Virus record (IMG/VR): IMGVR_UViG_3300010158_000067
Location: 1-63,990 of that record
Direction: 5' to 3' (one strand)
Source: a virus
Taxonomy: Duplodnaviria; Caudoviricetes
Length of the DNA: 63,990 bases
Shown piece after piece: positions 1-10,444 of this stretch (positions are counted from its first letter, which is position 1; each line of letters begins with the position of its first letter). Position numbers and translations under genes: made by a program. Below the pieces are notes generated by a model, which saw only the letters and a program-made list of their open reading frames with translations, did no database searches and had not been told where the DNA came from.

Positions 1-500
1 AGCAGCAACAGTAACAACTGTATTATTATAATCATTTTCATCACCTACATAACTACCACCATAATACCATCTACCAGATGAATTATATTGACCGTTGTTA
101 GTAGTACCCCATGCATCAGCAGCAGTAACAACAGTATTATTATAATCATATTCAGTACCTACATAACTACCACCATAATACCATCTACCAGATGATTCAT
201 ATTGACCGTTGTTAGTAGTACCCCATGCATCAGCAACAGCAACAAAAACAGCATTATTATAATCATATTCATTAGCTACGGGTTGATGGTTATAATACCA
301 TACATCATAATACCCACTATCATAATAATGTCCGTTTCCAACACTGGAAATCCAACTATTAAGCATTTGTAAATGCATAGCATTGTCAACAGCATAATTA
401 TAACCAGATTGATCGCCTACATAACTACCGTTATAATACCATCTACCAGATGATTGATATTGACCGTTGTTAGTAGTACCCCATGCATCAGCAGCAGCAT
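1..500 (-). repeat. Coding tandem repeat, 114-bp (38-aa) unit
   Basis: CCCCATGCATC recurs at 107, 221 and 479, with one diverged unit in between. Confidence 0.9.
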
Positions 501-1680
501 TTGGATCTCCATTTCCTCCACCTCCTCCTGATACAGTTGGAGCTGTTATTGCTGCAAAGTTCAATAACAATTCAGTACCTGAAACATTCGTTGGCAGAGA
601 CGTTGGAATAGTTATGGTAGATCCACTATATAAAGCAGTTCCTAACACATATCTAAATCCAGCAATTGAATTATTATATGCAGTTGAGAAAGAGCTTCCA
701 TTGATGATGAAATTAGTTTCATTAATAGTTGTAATAACGCCATTCGTTGCAACTAAATTTCCATTCAGATATGCAGTTATTGTCCCACTTGTTCTCTGAA
801 CCACAAAGTGGTTCCAAGCATCAAGCGTAACTGCGGTAGAAGTATCAAATCCATATGAATTAGTACTAATACGAATCGTGGACGAACCAACTTGAACAAA
901 TGCAAGTAAACCATCTGAAGCATATTGACCAAAAAGTACTTGCACTGCACTTGCGCCGCTGGCAGGTTTAATGAAAGCTTCCCAAGTGAAATCATTAGTG
1001 GATATTGCTGTAGTTGATGCGCTTAAATATGAAATTGCTGCATTAGAAGTAGCGGCTTTAATACCACCGCCTTCATCTGACTGAGTTACATTTCCATGTA
1101 ATGTTACTGCATGAGATGCAGAAGAAGAATCATCATACCAGTTAGAACTTGGAGGAGTATAAACTCCAGTAGTACCAACTACAGTTCCTCCATTATATGA
1201 TCCAGTTGCAAAATTAGCATTTCCACATACTGTTGCACCATTTGCATTACTTGCCGTATCTGCAAAAATAGCATTTCCACATACTGTTGCACAATTAATC
1301 GCAGATCCATAAAATGATCCAGACTGACTTACAATACCATTATTTACTGCAGATGCACAAAAAGATGCATTAGCTACAGATCCCGCATTAACTGCAGTAT
1401 CTACGAAAATTGCACATGTAGTTACAGAACTACAATTAATTGCATTTCCAGAAAAAACAGCAATCGAAGCAGTTCCACTATTTACCGCAGTTCCCGCAAA
1501 AACTGCATTACATGAAATTGTTCCCACATTGATTGCTGTATCGAAAAAATATCCAGAAGAAATTAATCCACAATTTTGTGCATCTCCACAAAAAGAAGAA
1601 GCTCCAACAATTACGTTGGCGTTTGCTGAATAGTTGATAGACCCACTATTAAATGTTACGTTACCACTTATTAAACTCAT
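1..1680 (-). CDS. Virion adhesin/tail-fibre-like protein (3'-truncated): beta-helix-like repeats, LamG/ConA-like domain, C-terminal 38-aa repeats
   Basis: Not in the ORF track because no stop lies in the window. Read by hand from ATG 1680: MSLISGNVTFNSGS..., repeated AxFxxxAxNxG units, DFTWEAFIK/WNHFVVQR/YLNG (LamG-like), then ADAWGTTNNGQYxSSGRWYY repeats. Confidence 0.75.
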   Translation of the reverse strand, partial: MSLISGNVTFNSGSINYSANANVIVGASSFCGDAQNCGLISSGYFFDTAINVGTISCNAVFAGTAVNSGTASIAVFSGNAINCSSVTTCAIFVDTAVNAGSVANASFCASAVNNGIVSQSGSFYGSAINCATVCGNAIFADTASNANGATVCGNANFATGSYNGGTVVGTTGVYTPPSSNWYDDSSSASHAVTLHGNVTQSDEGGGIKAATSNAAISYLSASTTAISTNDFTWEAFIKPASGASAVQVLFGQYASDGLLAFVQVGSSTIRISTNSYGFDTSTAVTLDAWNHFVVQRTSGTITAYLNGNLVATNGVITTINETNFIINGSSFSTAYNNSIAGFRYVLGTALYSGSTITIPTSLPTNVSGTELLLNFAAITAPTVSGGGGGNGDPNAAADAWGTTNNGQYQSSGRWYYNGSYVGDQSGYNYAVDNAMHLQMLNSWISSVGNGHYYDSGYYDVWYYNHQPVANEYDYNNAVFVAVADAWGTTNNGQYESSGRWYYGGSYVGTEYDYNNTVVTAADAWGTTNNGQYNSSGRWYYGGSYVGDENDYNNTVVTVAA

Positions 1681-1722
1681 ATATTATATTATGTTAAATT
1701 AAAAAGAAAAAAATAAATTACA

Positions 1723-1756
1723 AAAAAACTCCACCACCCGTTAGAATGGTGGAGTT
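1723..1756 (-). terminator. Intrinsic terminator
   Basis: ACTCCACCA...TGGTGGAGT stem with A-run on the plus strand (U-tract on minus), just after the 1776 stop. Confidence 0.6.
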
Positions 1757-1775
1757 AATTTATAGTTAATGAATA

Positions 1776-3959
1776 TTATACGAAATCGACTCCGAAGAAT
1801 TCGGCATTTCCATATATCTGTCCATTGAATACTGCTGCGCCCGTTGATACAAAACAAATTCCATCTGGACTTGTTATTGCAGTAGTATCTATTGAATTGG
1901 GTTGAACCCATAATCCACAATCCAAATTAACAACGGCGGGAACAGAACCTACCATTTGAACATTAGACGATCCACTTGGAAGTGAGGTGGCATGATCAGT
2001 AAATGTATTTTCAGTAAACCAGTTGCCACCAACATTAAACCAGTTAGAATCATCCAAGCCCTGCCAGTAAAGTCCAATACCATCGGGACCAGACATTCCA
2101 CTCATCTTAGTTGAAACCATTTCCAAACTAGAAGTCCAGTAAGTATTGCCTTTTACTTGGAGTGCGAACGCAGAAGCGCCAGCGCAAATTCTGACATCAT
2201 GATCAACATTACCTGTATGATATGTAGTTTTAACTAATTCATCTGGAAGTATAACACTACCATTTTCTCTTACAGCAGCACCTTCTAATCTAAATGAATC
2301 ACAATTTCTAGAAACAAAATCGGCATTTATTAATGCGATTGAATTATTATCTAATTCAACATCAATAATAGTAGTCCAGTTGTTATTTCCAGGGCAGACC
2401 TTTCCAGCTACTGAAGAATATTGAGCATCTCCATTTTCCGCGAACTTTCCAGGGCTTTGAACCAATGAATAATTATTTTTTGCTTTTCCATACTCTCCAA
2501 CAATCAAAGATCCACAGGAAACCGTGGTATTTGTATCACCTAATTTATAAGAATAACTTTTCGCCAAGTTGATTGTATTAGCTTCTTCGAATGGAGATAT
2601 GGCAGTCAAACAAGAATCAAGATCAGTAACATCTGTTATTGCATGACTATGTCCAGTAACTGATTTACCAGAAGCGATGTTATCAAATACAGAAGTTAAT
2701 ACGTAGCCATTTCTATTAGCTGTAAATGAACCAGAAGTAGCATAATCATCCTCAACTCCCGAAATAGTATTATTAAGTAATAAAACTACATCAGATACAG
2801 TTATACTGCTCCCACTAAAACAAACATCATTACTATAAATAGAAACAAGGCAAGCTCCATCGGCTGTGTGATTATTCACATTTAACAAAGCGCCCTCTTC
2901 AGCAGCAAGACGGCACCAATTACTTAATGTTTGATAAGCATTTACTCCAGAATTAATTAAGATATAGTTAAAATGATTTACAGTATCAAATGCAACGTCA
3001 CCAATTGTAGCGGTGCTCAATCCAGTTAAACTAGATGGAGTGCTAATGATAAATGTTTCAACCAAAGTTGGATCAGGAAGAACTGAAGAATCAATGAAAC
3101 CTGAAACTCCCACACACAATATACAAGAACCAGCGGTTCCGACATTATGTTGAGACTCAGAAGCAGTGCCAAATGTTGCTTGTAATGCATAGGGGGCAAA
3201 TAATGCGCCAGTTCCATTATTATCAGTATAATAACTCAAACAATCTGAAACGCATTGAGTAGTGGCATAAGATAATAACGTATTTGTTAATGAAGAACTA
3301 GTTTCGTAAGGTATGACATCATCATTGAAATCAGATTCTGTTACATAATTGGTAGTTAAGTAAGTGGAATCTGTATATCCAGTAGATAGAAATTGAACCG
3401 CTAATTCTACATTATTTCCATATCCAGCTACTGAATCCAAATCAACGCCAGAGATAAAAACTTGTCCAGTTTTTAAATTTACGCTATCAACACAATTATC
3501 TGGATTTAGCAAGGGAACCCAATTTGAAATATTATTAAACAAACCATCTCCCAATACAAATGTCATGTATGTATTAGTTGTTATAGCAACACTACCTTTT
3601 TTAGCAGCATTCAATAATACTAATTGTCCACTATTTGAAACAACAAATGCGCAAGATTTAATTGCATCTGGTAGGGTTGAAATGTTAATCAAATTATTTT
3701 GATTAACTAATGCTGCATTATACGCAGTATCATTAGCATTCAATGTTGAAGCAGTTCCAATATCTGAAGTTTCAACTAATAAATCAAGACATGATTGTAA
3801 TCCACTAATTGAAGAGATGTATGCACCGTCTTGCGTTATTAAAGTAACGCAGCTTCCAGCTACTGCTGGTTTAGGAAATGTAAATGAACCAGTGAAGGCT
3901 ACATATGAGCCAGCAAGATCCAAATTTCCACCCGCTGTATGATCTAAATTAAAAGCCAT
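1776..3959 (-). CDS. Tail fibre-like structural protein
   Basis: S/T/G-rich; VDSVNLKTGQV and GHSHAITDVTDL fibre motifs; paralogous to 3993-5900. Confidence 0.7.
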   Translation of the reverse strand: MAFNLDHTAGGNLDLAGSYVAFTGSFTFPKPAVAGSCVTLITQDGAYISSISGLQSCLDLLVETSDIGTASTLNANDTAYNAALVNQNNLINISTLPDAIKSCAFVVSNSGQLVLLNAAKKGSVAITTNTYMTFVLGDGLFNNISNWVPLLNPDNCVDSVNLKTGQVFISGVDLDSVAGYGNNVELAVQFLSTGYTDSTYLTTNYVTESDFNDDVIPYETSSSLTNTLLSYATTQCVSDCLSYYTDNNGTGALFAPYALQATFGTASESQHNVGTAGSCILCVGVSGFIDSSVLPDPTLVETFIISTPSSLTGLSTATIGDVAFDTVNHFNYILINSGVNAYQTLSNWCRLAAEEGALLNVNNHTADGACLVSIYSNDVCFSGSSITVSDVVLLLNNTISGVEDDYATSGSFTANRNGYVLTSVFDNIASGKSVTGHSHAITDVTDLDSCLTAISPFEEANTINLAKSYSYKLGDTNTTVSCGSLIVGEYGKAKNNYSLVQSPGKFAENGDAQYSSVAGKVCPGNNNWTTIIDVELDNNSIALINADFVSRNCDSFRLEGAAVRENGSVILPDELVKTTYHTGNVDHDVRICAGASAFALQVKGNTYWTSSLEMVSTKMSGMSGPDGIGLYWQGLDDSNWFNVGGNWFTENTFTDHATSLPSGSSNVQMVGSVPAVVNLDCGLWVQPNSIDTTAITSPDGICFVSTGAAVFNGQIYGNAEFFGVDFV

Positions 3960-3992
3960 AATTTTATTTTTTTAATAAACTTCTAATTTATA

Positions 3993-5900
3993 TTAGTCCC
4001 AGATGATTTTGGTTACGGTGGAGCTAGTTACCCATTGCATACTATTCGTAGAATCACCAGTTACAACTATTTGAATTTTTCCATCTGTGGTATTAGCTAC
4101 TGCATCGACAAAGTAAACTCCAGATGTATTTACATACGTATCAATTGCTACGTCACCTAGAACTTGAGTTGAACCAGCATTATTTTCTCTATTTGCAGAT
4201 CCATTAACTTTAAAAGCTGCATAACCAGCAGAAGTGCGGCCAACAACATAAGAACTAAATACAATGTTTGAATAATTCTGCATACATATTTCAGCGACTG
4301 CAGTTGCGGAATTACTATTAGTTACTTGTTTAGCTACCAATTTACTAACTTGAGCTTCTCCAGGATTAGATAATAATCCAGCACCTTGGGCGATTTCATA
4401 AGCCTGAACTGTTTTTGCAGCTTGGCCGAGAGCTACGGAATAGCTTCCACATGCTTGATTATAATGTGGATTAGCGGAACTTGCTAAAACTGCAGAATAT
4501 CCACCATCTCCAACGCAGAATACCGTAATAGAAGCTAAACATCCAGTCAATGATGTCACATCTGACATTACATGACCATGACCAACATTAGATTTAGAAT
4601 TGAAAACTCCAGTAGCAACTCCAGTTGTAACATAATCAAGCATTAAATTTGAAGCTTCAGAATCAGTTAGGTAATCATTCTGGATAGCAGTAATTCTGGA
4701 ATCTAATCCAGAAATTGCATAACTAATTGTTTCTGTATCATAAATGGTAGAAGAGTCAGCAACTTCAATATCTGAAGTGGTTAAAGTAATTACTCCATTA
4801 ATTGGAGATAAACCATTAATTCCAGTGATGCTTCCTACTGAAGCCGCGAATTGTGCCCAGTGTGCGATATTTGAATAATCAGATTCTTTAAGAATGTAGT
4901 TTCTATTTGAACCCGTAGCGATTGCAACGTCTCCTTTTTGAGCGGATGTCAAGGAAATTAAATCTCCAGAATTATTAACAATAAATGTATCAGTAATAGC
5001 TAAGTGAGGAATAACTTCATCTGGAATCTTTCCATCATTATTTAATTGAACTACATTACCAGCGGATAATCCAACATCTAAAGAAGCCGCTGAACCAGTA
5101 GAAGAATTAAGAACGTAATCTTCTAGGGTTGTAGTTATTTGGGTTGTGGTGGAATAATCAGCTAATGTAGTTGATAGAGCGCTTGTAGTCTCATAGTCAT
5201 TCAAGGTTGTTGTCAAATCTGTTGATAAAACATAATTAGACAAGCACTGATGCACAAATCCAGTGGTAGCATAATCAATTAAAACAGAAAGATTGGCTTT
5301 TACAGTTGCTAAATCTCCAATTGCATAATCTATCGTTTCTGAAGCATAACTTCCAGAGCTGATTGAGACATTAGATCCATCCAAAACAACATCTCCAACG
5401 TAACCATTAACGCATGTTACAGTTTGAAGTGGGAAAAGAATTTCTTTCCAATTTCCACTTGTGGCGTAAGCGTTTACTCCACTAGAACAAAGGATGTAAT
5501 TTTTATTTTCACTTGAAACAATGCCTATGTCACCAATGCTAGCAGCATCGTTCATAGTTAAGTCTGTGAAATTACTTACGCTAAATACGTCTCTAATAGC
5601 TACTGAAGAAATCAATTCGTTTGGAATTTTTCCATTTGAATCTAACTGGACAACTTGTCCAGCTGATGTACCATAATTTAAAGAAGCTGCACTACCAGTA
5701 GTTGATTTTTCTACTTTGTTTGATAGCGCGTTAGTTAATCCACTGATTTCTGCAATTGTAGCTTCTCCAGAAATCAACAGAGTTGGAGATCCTTGAGAAA
5801 TTATATTTGGAAATGTAAATACAAAGGTATCAGAAGGAGCGCCTTCTGGGCCTTTTAATGTGATGTTTGCTGAACTTGTGTGGTCGAAATTAATAGCCAT
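3993..5900 (-). CDS. Tail fibre-like structural protein with internal duplication
   Basis: Two copies of STGSAASLxxGxSAGxVVQLxxxGKIPxExI; VTCVNGYVGDVVL; GHGHVMSDVTSL. Confidence 0.7.
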   Translation of the reverse strand: MAINFDHTSSANITLKGPEGAPSDTFVFTFPNIISQGSPTLLISGEATIAEISGLTNALSNKVEKSTTGSAASLNYGTSAGQVVQLDSNGKIPNELISSVAIRDVFSVSNFTDLTMNDAASIGDIGIVSSENKNYILCSSGVNAYATSGNWKEILFPLQTVTCVNGYVGDVVLDGSNVSISSGSYASETIDYAIGDLATVKANLSVLIDYATTGFVHQCLSNYVLSTDLTTTLNDYETTSALSTTLADYSTTTQITTTLEDYVLNSSTGSAASLDVGLSAGNVVQLNNDGKIPDEVIPHLAITDTFIVNNSGDLISLTSAQKGDVAIATGSNRNYILKESDYSNIAHWAQFAASVGSITGINGLSPINGVITLTTSDIEVADSSTIYDTETISYAISGLDSRITAIQNDYLTDSEASNLMLDYVTTGVATGVFNSKSNVGHGHVMSDVTSLTGCLASITVFCVGDGGYSAVLASSANPHYNQACGSYSVALGQAAKTVQAYEIAQGAGLLSNPGEAQVSKLVAKQVTNSNSATAVAEICMQNYSNIVFSSYVVGRTSAGYAAFKVNGSANRENNAGSTQVLGDVAIDTYVNTSGVYFVDAVANTTDGKIQIVVTGDSTNSMQWVTSSTVTKIIWD

Positions 5901-5930
5901 AAATTATATATGTACTATAATTTACACAAT

Positions 5931-6155
5931 CTATAAGTCATCTAAACCAGCATCAAGTATTTTATTGTTAATATTTTGTGGAAGTTCCCTAATTGCTCTC
6001 AAATCGTAACAAGAAGCGTCAAAACCAGATATATTTAAATAAGTTTTTGTTTGTTCAATTTCAATATTTGAACTTTGACTTAATGCATTATTTATTGAAG
6101 TTATTGTTACTTGACCGTTTCCACCATCAACTATGCCTCTTCTTATTAATCCCAT
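5931..6155 (-). CDS. Hypothetical protein
   Basis: Tightly packed co-directional ORF. Confidence 0.6.
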   Translation of the reverse strand: MGLIRRGIVDGGNGQVTITSINNALSQSSNIEIEQTKTYLNISGFDASCYDLRAIRELPQNINNKILDAGLDDL

Positions 6156-6159
6156 ATAA

Positions 6160-6624
6160 TTAATATTTATAATATACGTTACTTAATAGACCTTGTCCAT
6201 TAATTCCAGCCCAAGGAATTAATCCATCTTTATCTTCAGTTATATTTACTAAAATTCCTTGAAACCCACCAACTGGAGAACTAAAAGTCTGATCTATAGA
6301 TGATTTAGCATAAATCGGATATGTTAAAATTGGAACTGCTGTGTGATAACTGCAAAATTGAAGAAATAAAGGCTCGTAATTAAAATCCGAATCAATTAAA
6401 AAACCTACTAATCTAGAAGCCCTATCGCTAACTTCTACAACTTGCCCAGTTAAATTTGGATTCCTATATCCAGAAGAAGTTCCAGCTCCAAAGTCATCTG
6501 GATTAAGAGGTCTCCAATTGCCAATTTCACTATCATATAAATAGTTAAAATTTGGAGAAGCTTTTCCATGCGAAACTATTGAATCAGGAACAACCGCAGA
6601 CGCTGGATACACTGGATTAGCCAT
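6160..6624 (-). CDS. Hypothetical (probably structural) protein
   Basis: 154-aa ORF in the fibre operon. Confidence 0.6.
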   Translation of the reverse strand: MANPVYPASAVVPDSIVSHGKASPNFNYLYDSEIGNWRPLNPDDFGAGTSSGYRNPNLTGQVVEVSDRASRLVGFLIDSDFNYEPLFLQFCSYHTAVPILTYPIYAKSSIDQTFSSPVGGFQGILVNITEDKDGLIPWAGINGQGLLSNVYYKY

Positions 6625-6626
6625 AA

Positions 6627-6875
6627 TTAACTATATAAAATTACACCAGTAGTATTAGTTGCAAACATTTTAACGGTTGAAAATGAAAGTGGAATTGGAA
6701 ATGTAACGCTACTATCATTTGCCATGTGCACTATATGCGTATTATCAACAACCAATGAAGCGGCAGCATTACTTCCATTATACACTCCATGTATAAAACT
6801 AGCGCCAGTAATAGTAGTAGCGGCAGTTGTTCCTAATGTATATAATTTTCCAACTTTTAAATAGTTATTACTCAT
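6627..6875 (-). CDS. Hypothetical small beta-rich protein
   Basis: First gene of the minus-strand operon; GTGTAA 9 nt upstream of ATG. Confidence 0.6.
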   Translation of the reverse strand: MSNNYLKVGKLYTLGTTAATTITGASFIHGVYNGSNAAASLVVDNTHIVHMANDSSVTFPIPLSFSTVKMFATNTTGVILYS

Positions 6876-6928
6876 AATTTAATTTTACACCTTTCTAGAA
6901 AGGTACACTAAAACTATTATAATCTGAT

Positions 6929-7402
6929 ATGAAATTTAGTCTATACAAGCCAAATTCTAAAGTAACTGGATGCGCGTTCCAATTTAAAATTGGACAAGGC
7001 AAAAATGATGAAAAAACATTATATGTAAGCGCTATTCAGCAGTCTTCATGGAATGAAAATACAAAAACTGGATCATTCTCAGACAATGCTAAAAATCCAG
7101 AAAAAACATTAAATATTAAGTTAAATGAAAATGAAATCGGAGGATTGCTATACGCAGTAAGACAATATACAGACTTTTCTGCTTTTCACACCTTTGATGA
7201 CAATAAGACTCAAATTTCATTCAAGCCATATACAAAAAACAACGATGCAAAGACAAAGGCATTTTCATTTACTATCTCAAGAAATGGAAATCAAAAATTT
7301 GGTATCGGTATAGAACTTGGGGAAGCTGAAGCGCTGTCTGAATTTTTAAAATTTACTTTAGTCCAAATCTATTCAAATAGATCTATTTCAAAAGCTGAAT
7401 AA
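6929..7402 (+). CDS. Hypothetical protein, possibly PC4/Whirly-like ssDNA-binding fold
   Basis: Duplicated beta-strands-plus-helix pattern (IKLNENEIGGLL / IELGEAEALSEFL); fold is inference. Confidence 0.4.
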   Translation: MKFSLYKPNSKVTGCAFQFKIGQGKNDEKTLYVSAIQQSSWNENTKTGSFSDNAKNPEKTLNIKLNENEIGGLLYAVRQYTDFSAFHTFDDNKTQISFKPYTKNNDAKTKAFSFTISRNGNQKFGIGIELGEAEALSEFLKFTLVQIYSNRSISKAE

Positions 7403-9294
7403 TGAAAAAAATTCTATTCCACTCTAATTTCTCTAGAGCATTTACTGGTTTTGGTAAAAATGCTAAAAACATTCTTAGATATTTATTTTCCACTGGAAAA
7501 TATGAAATTATTGAAGCGGCAAATGGAATGGCTTTTGAAAATCCAGAAACAGCAAGACAACCTTGGAAGAGTTATGGCACAATGCCATCTCAACAAAAAG
7601 CAGATCAATTAAAAGCTCAAACTTCAGGTATTGAAAATTCATTTGGTTATGGATCTGGAATGATTGATGAAATTATTAATCTTGTAAAACCAGATATTTA
7701 TGTGGGTGCAGAAGATATCTGGGGATTCAATGGATACTGGGATAAACCTTGGTGGAATAAAATTAATTCAGTTATTTGGACGACGCTTGATAGCTTGCCA
7801 ATTCTTCCAGATGCCGTTAATGCGGCACCAAAAATTAAAAATTATTATGTATGGGCTTCATTTGCAGAAAAAGCAATGAAGCAAATGGGTTATAATAATG
7901 TTAAAACCCTCAGGGGTTCTGTAGATACATCTAAGTTCTTTAAATTTGATGATAATAAAAGAAATTTATTAAAACAACAATTTAATTTATCAGATTCTTT
8001 TGTAATTGGATTTGTATTTAGAAATCAACTTAGAAAATCGGTTCCAAATTTATTAGATGGATTTAATTTATTTAGAAACGCTAATCCAAAAGCTAATGCC
8101 AAACTATTGCTACATACGCATTGGTCTGAAGGATGGGATATTCCAAGACTACTAAAGGAAAAAAACATCTCAAATGATTTAATTCTAACCACATACTTCT
8201 GCGGGGCATGTTCTAGATATGAAGTCAAATCATTTAGCAAACAGGGAATCGGTTGTAAATTCTGTGGCACTGGCAATAGCCAAAACACTACAAATGTTTC
8301 CGCAGGAGTCTCAGAAGATCAATTAAATGAGGTTTATAATTTGATGGATGTATACTGCCATCCTTTTACTAGTGGTGGACAGGAAATTCCAATTCAAGAA
8401 GCTAAACTTACGGAATTAATAACTTTAGTAACAAATTATTCTTGTGGAGAAGATAACTGCACTCAAGAGAGTGGAGGTTTACCTTTAGAATGGTCTGAAT
8501 ATCGAGAACCTGGAACTCAGTTTATTAAAGCATCCACCTCGCCACAAAGTATTTGCGAAAAACTAACTGAAGTTTTCTTTACCCATCCAGATAAAAGAAA
8601 TAAAATTGGAAAAATGGCAAGAGAATGGGTAATAGATAATTTCTCTATAGAAGTCATAGGAAAAAAATTAGAAGAAATTTTTGATTCTTTCCCCGAAGCA
8701 TCTTTTGATTGGGAAACTGAAAAAGTTCCAGACGTAAACTACCCAATGCCACAAATAGATGGCAACGAAGACTTTATTATTGATTTGTATAAAAATATTC
8801 TAAAGGAAGATATAGACAAAAATAATACTACTTGTGTTGATTATGTAAATCACCTTAAGAATGGAGCGCAGAAGCAACAAATTTATCATCACATAATTCA
8901 ACAAGCTCAACAAAAATTAAATAAACCAAAAACAATTGAGTTTAAAGATCTTTTGGATAAAGATGACGAGGGAAATAGAATGGCAGTGGTAATTCCTCAA
9001 TCTGGTGGAGATGTTTTAATGGTAAACGCGCTTCTAGAAAATTTAAAAACTCTTTATCCAGAATATAATCTATATATTTTTACTGATCCAAAATTCTTTG
9101 ATTTAATTCGTGACAATCCAGCAATTCATAAAGTATTACCATATAGTCCAATATGCGATAATCTTTTAGCATTAGAAGGTCAAGGTTCTCATAAAGGATT
9201 TTTTGAATTAGCATTTCTACCAACAATTACTACTCAAAAAATGTTTGGCTATCAACATAACGGAAAAGATAAACTTCAATTTTCATTAAATTAA
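7402..9294 (+). CDS. Glycosyltransferase (GT4-like) with CxxC insert and C-terminal GT9-like N-domain
   Basis: TGFGK, RNQLRKSVP, YNLMDVYCHPFTSGGQEIPIQEA; C-terminal SGGDVLM...LKTLYP...NPAIHKV. Confidence 0.8.
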   Translation: MKKILFHSNFSRAFTGFGKNAKNILRYLFSTGKYEIIEAANGMAFENPETARQPWKSYGTMPSQQKADQLKAQTSGIENSFGYGSGMIDEIINLVKPDIYVGAEDIWGFNGYWDKPWWNKINSVIWTTLDSLPILPDAVNAAPKIKNYYVWASFAEKAMKQMGYNNVKTLRGSVDTSKFFKFDDNKRNLLKQQFNLSDSFVIGFVFRNQLRKSVPNLLDGFNLFRNANPKANAKLLLHTHWSEGWDIPRLLKEKNISNDLILTTYFCGACSRYEVKSFSKQGIGCKFCGTGNSQNTTNVSAGVSEDQLNEVYNLMDVYCHPFTSGGQEIPIQEAKLTELITLVTNYSCGEDNCTQESGGLPLEWSEYREPGTQFIKASTSPQSICEKLTEVFFTHPDKRNKIGKMAREWVIDNFSIEVIGKKLEEIFDSFPEASFDWETEKVPDVNYPMPQIDGNEDFIIDLYKNILKEDIDKNNTTCVDYVNHLKNGAQKQQIYHHIIQQAQQKLNKPKTIEFKDLLDKDDEGNRMAVVIPQSGGDVLMVNALLENLKTLYPEYNLYIFTDPKFFDLIRDNPAIHKVLPYSPICDNLLALEGQGSHKGFFELAFLPTITTQKMFGYQHNGKDKLQFSLN

Positions 9295-9295
9295 T

Positions 9296-10444
9296 ATGGG
9301 ACATCTTATAGAAGAATACGCAAAGTCGCTAGGAGTTAAAATTGGAAAACCAACTTTAGTTGATCATTATTATCCAACTCTACATGATAAATATATAACA
9401 ATTCATACTGACGATAAAATTGATTCAAAAAATTATGAATACTTTTCTCAAGTAATAAATCTTTTGAAACCACTTCTATCACAAAATGGATATAAAATTT
9501 ATCAAATTGGTGGACCTCAAGATCCTAAATTAAATAATGTAGATGCTTCTTTTTTAAATTTAAACTATAAGCAATCATCTTATTTAATTAAGAATTCAAA
9601 ACTACATATCGGTATAGACAGTTTACCAATTCATATTGCCAGTACTTTTGATATCCCAATTGTTGCTTTATATTCTCATATTTATCCATCTAATGCATAT
9701 CCATATTGGAGCGCAAAGGAAAATGTATGTATTCTTGAGGCAGATAGAAAAGGAAACAAGCCATCTTTTGGATATCAAGAATCTCCAAAAACGATTAGAA
9801 CCATCAAGCCAGAAGATATTGCGACTTCTGTTTTAAATTTATTAAATATTAATAATGTCATTAATTTCAAGACTTTAGAAATAGGTAGCCATTATCACAT
9901 TCCAGTTGTGGAAGTGGTGCCTAATTTTAGAGCAAATCTTCAAGATCAAAAAGATAAAACTATTTATATAAGAGCTGATTTACACTTTGATGATCAAAAT
10001 ATTGCATTTTGGTGCTCAAATTATAAAGTAAAAATTATTTCAGATAGAATGCTTCCATTGGATCTATTGAATCATTTTTCCTCTAAGATAGATCATGTAT
10101 TTTTTAAATTAAAAAATATGGATATTCCACCTCAATATTTTGAGGAAGTTAAAAAAGCAAAAATTAATTTTACAATTTGTACTACCGATAAACAAAATCT
10201 GGGCATTATTAGAAATAACTTTTTCGATTTCAAAGTGGAGTATGACAATGTAAATGAAAGAGTTGAAGAATTTTCTAAAAAAGAATGTAAATTTTTAACA
10301 AATAAAGTTTTAATTTCAAATGGAAATATTTATGCAAGTGAAGCACATCTAAAGATTGATAAAAAACTTGACAGTATAAATGAAACAATATACAGTGATA
10401 ATGACTTCTGGAAAGACGTAGAACATTATTACCTTTATGAATAA
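9296..10444 (+). CDS. GT9 (heptosyltransferase-like) glycosyltransferase domain protein
   Basis: LHIGIDSLPIHIASTFDIPIVALY motif. Confidence 0.75.
   Translation: MGHLIEEYAKSLGVKIGKPTLVDHYYPTLHDKYITIHTDDKIDSKNYEYFSQVINLLKPLLSQNGYKIYQIGGPQDPKLNNVDASFLNLNYKQSSYLIKNSKLHIGIDSLPIHIASTFDIPIVALYSHIYPSNAYPYWSAKENVCILEADRKGNKPSFGYQESPKTIRTIKPEDIATSVLNLLNINNVINFKTLEIGSHYHIPVVEVVPNFRANLQDQKDKTIYIRADLHFDDQNIAFWCSNYKVKIISDRMLPLDLLNHFSSKIDHVFFKLKNMDIPPQYFEEVKKAKINFTICTTDKQNLGIIRNNFFDFKVEYDNVNERVEEFSKKECKFLTNKVLISNGNIYASEAHLKIDKKLDSINETIYSDNDFWKDVEHYYLYE

Noticed and set aside
1-500. Diversity-generating retroelement TR/VR pair
   Set aside because: Repeats are in-frame tandem units of one gene and no reverse transcriptase is in the window
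467-995. ORFs 467-799 (+) and 777-995 (-)
   Set aside because: Shadows of the long minus-strand ORF 1-1680
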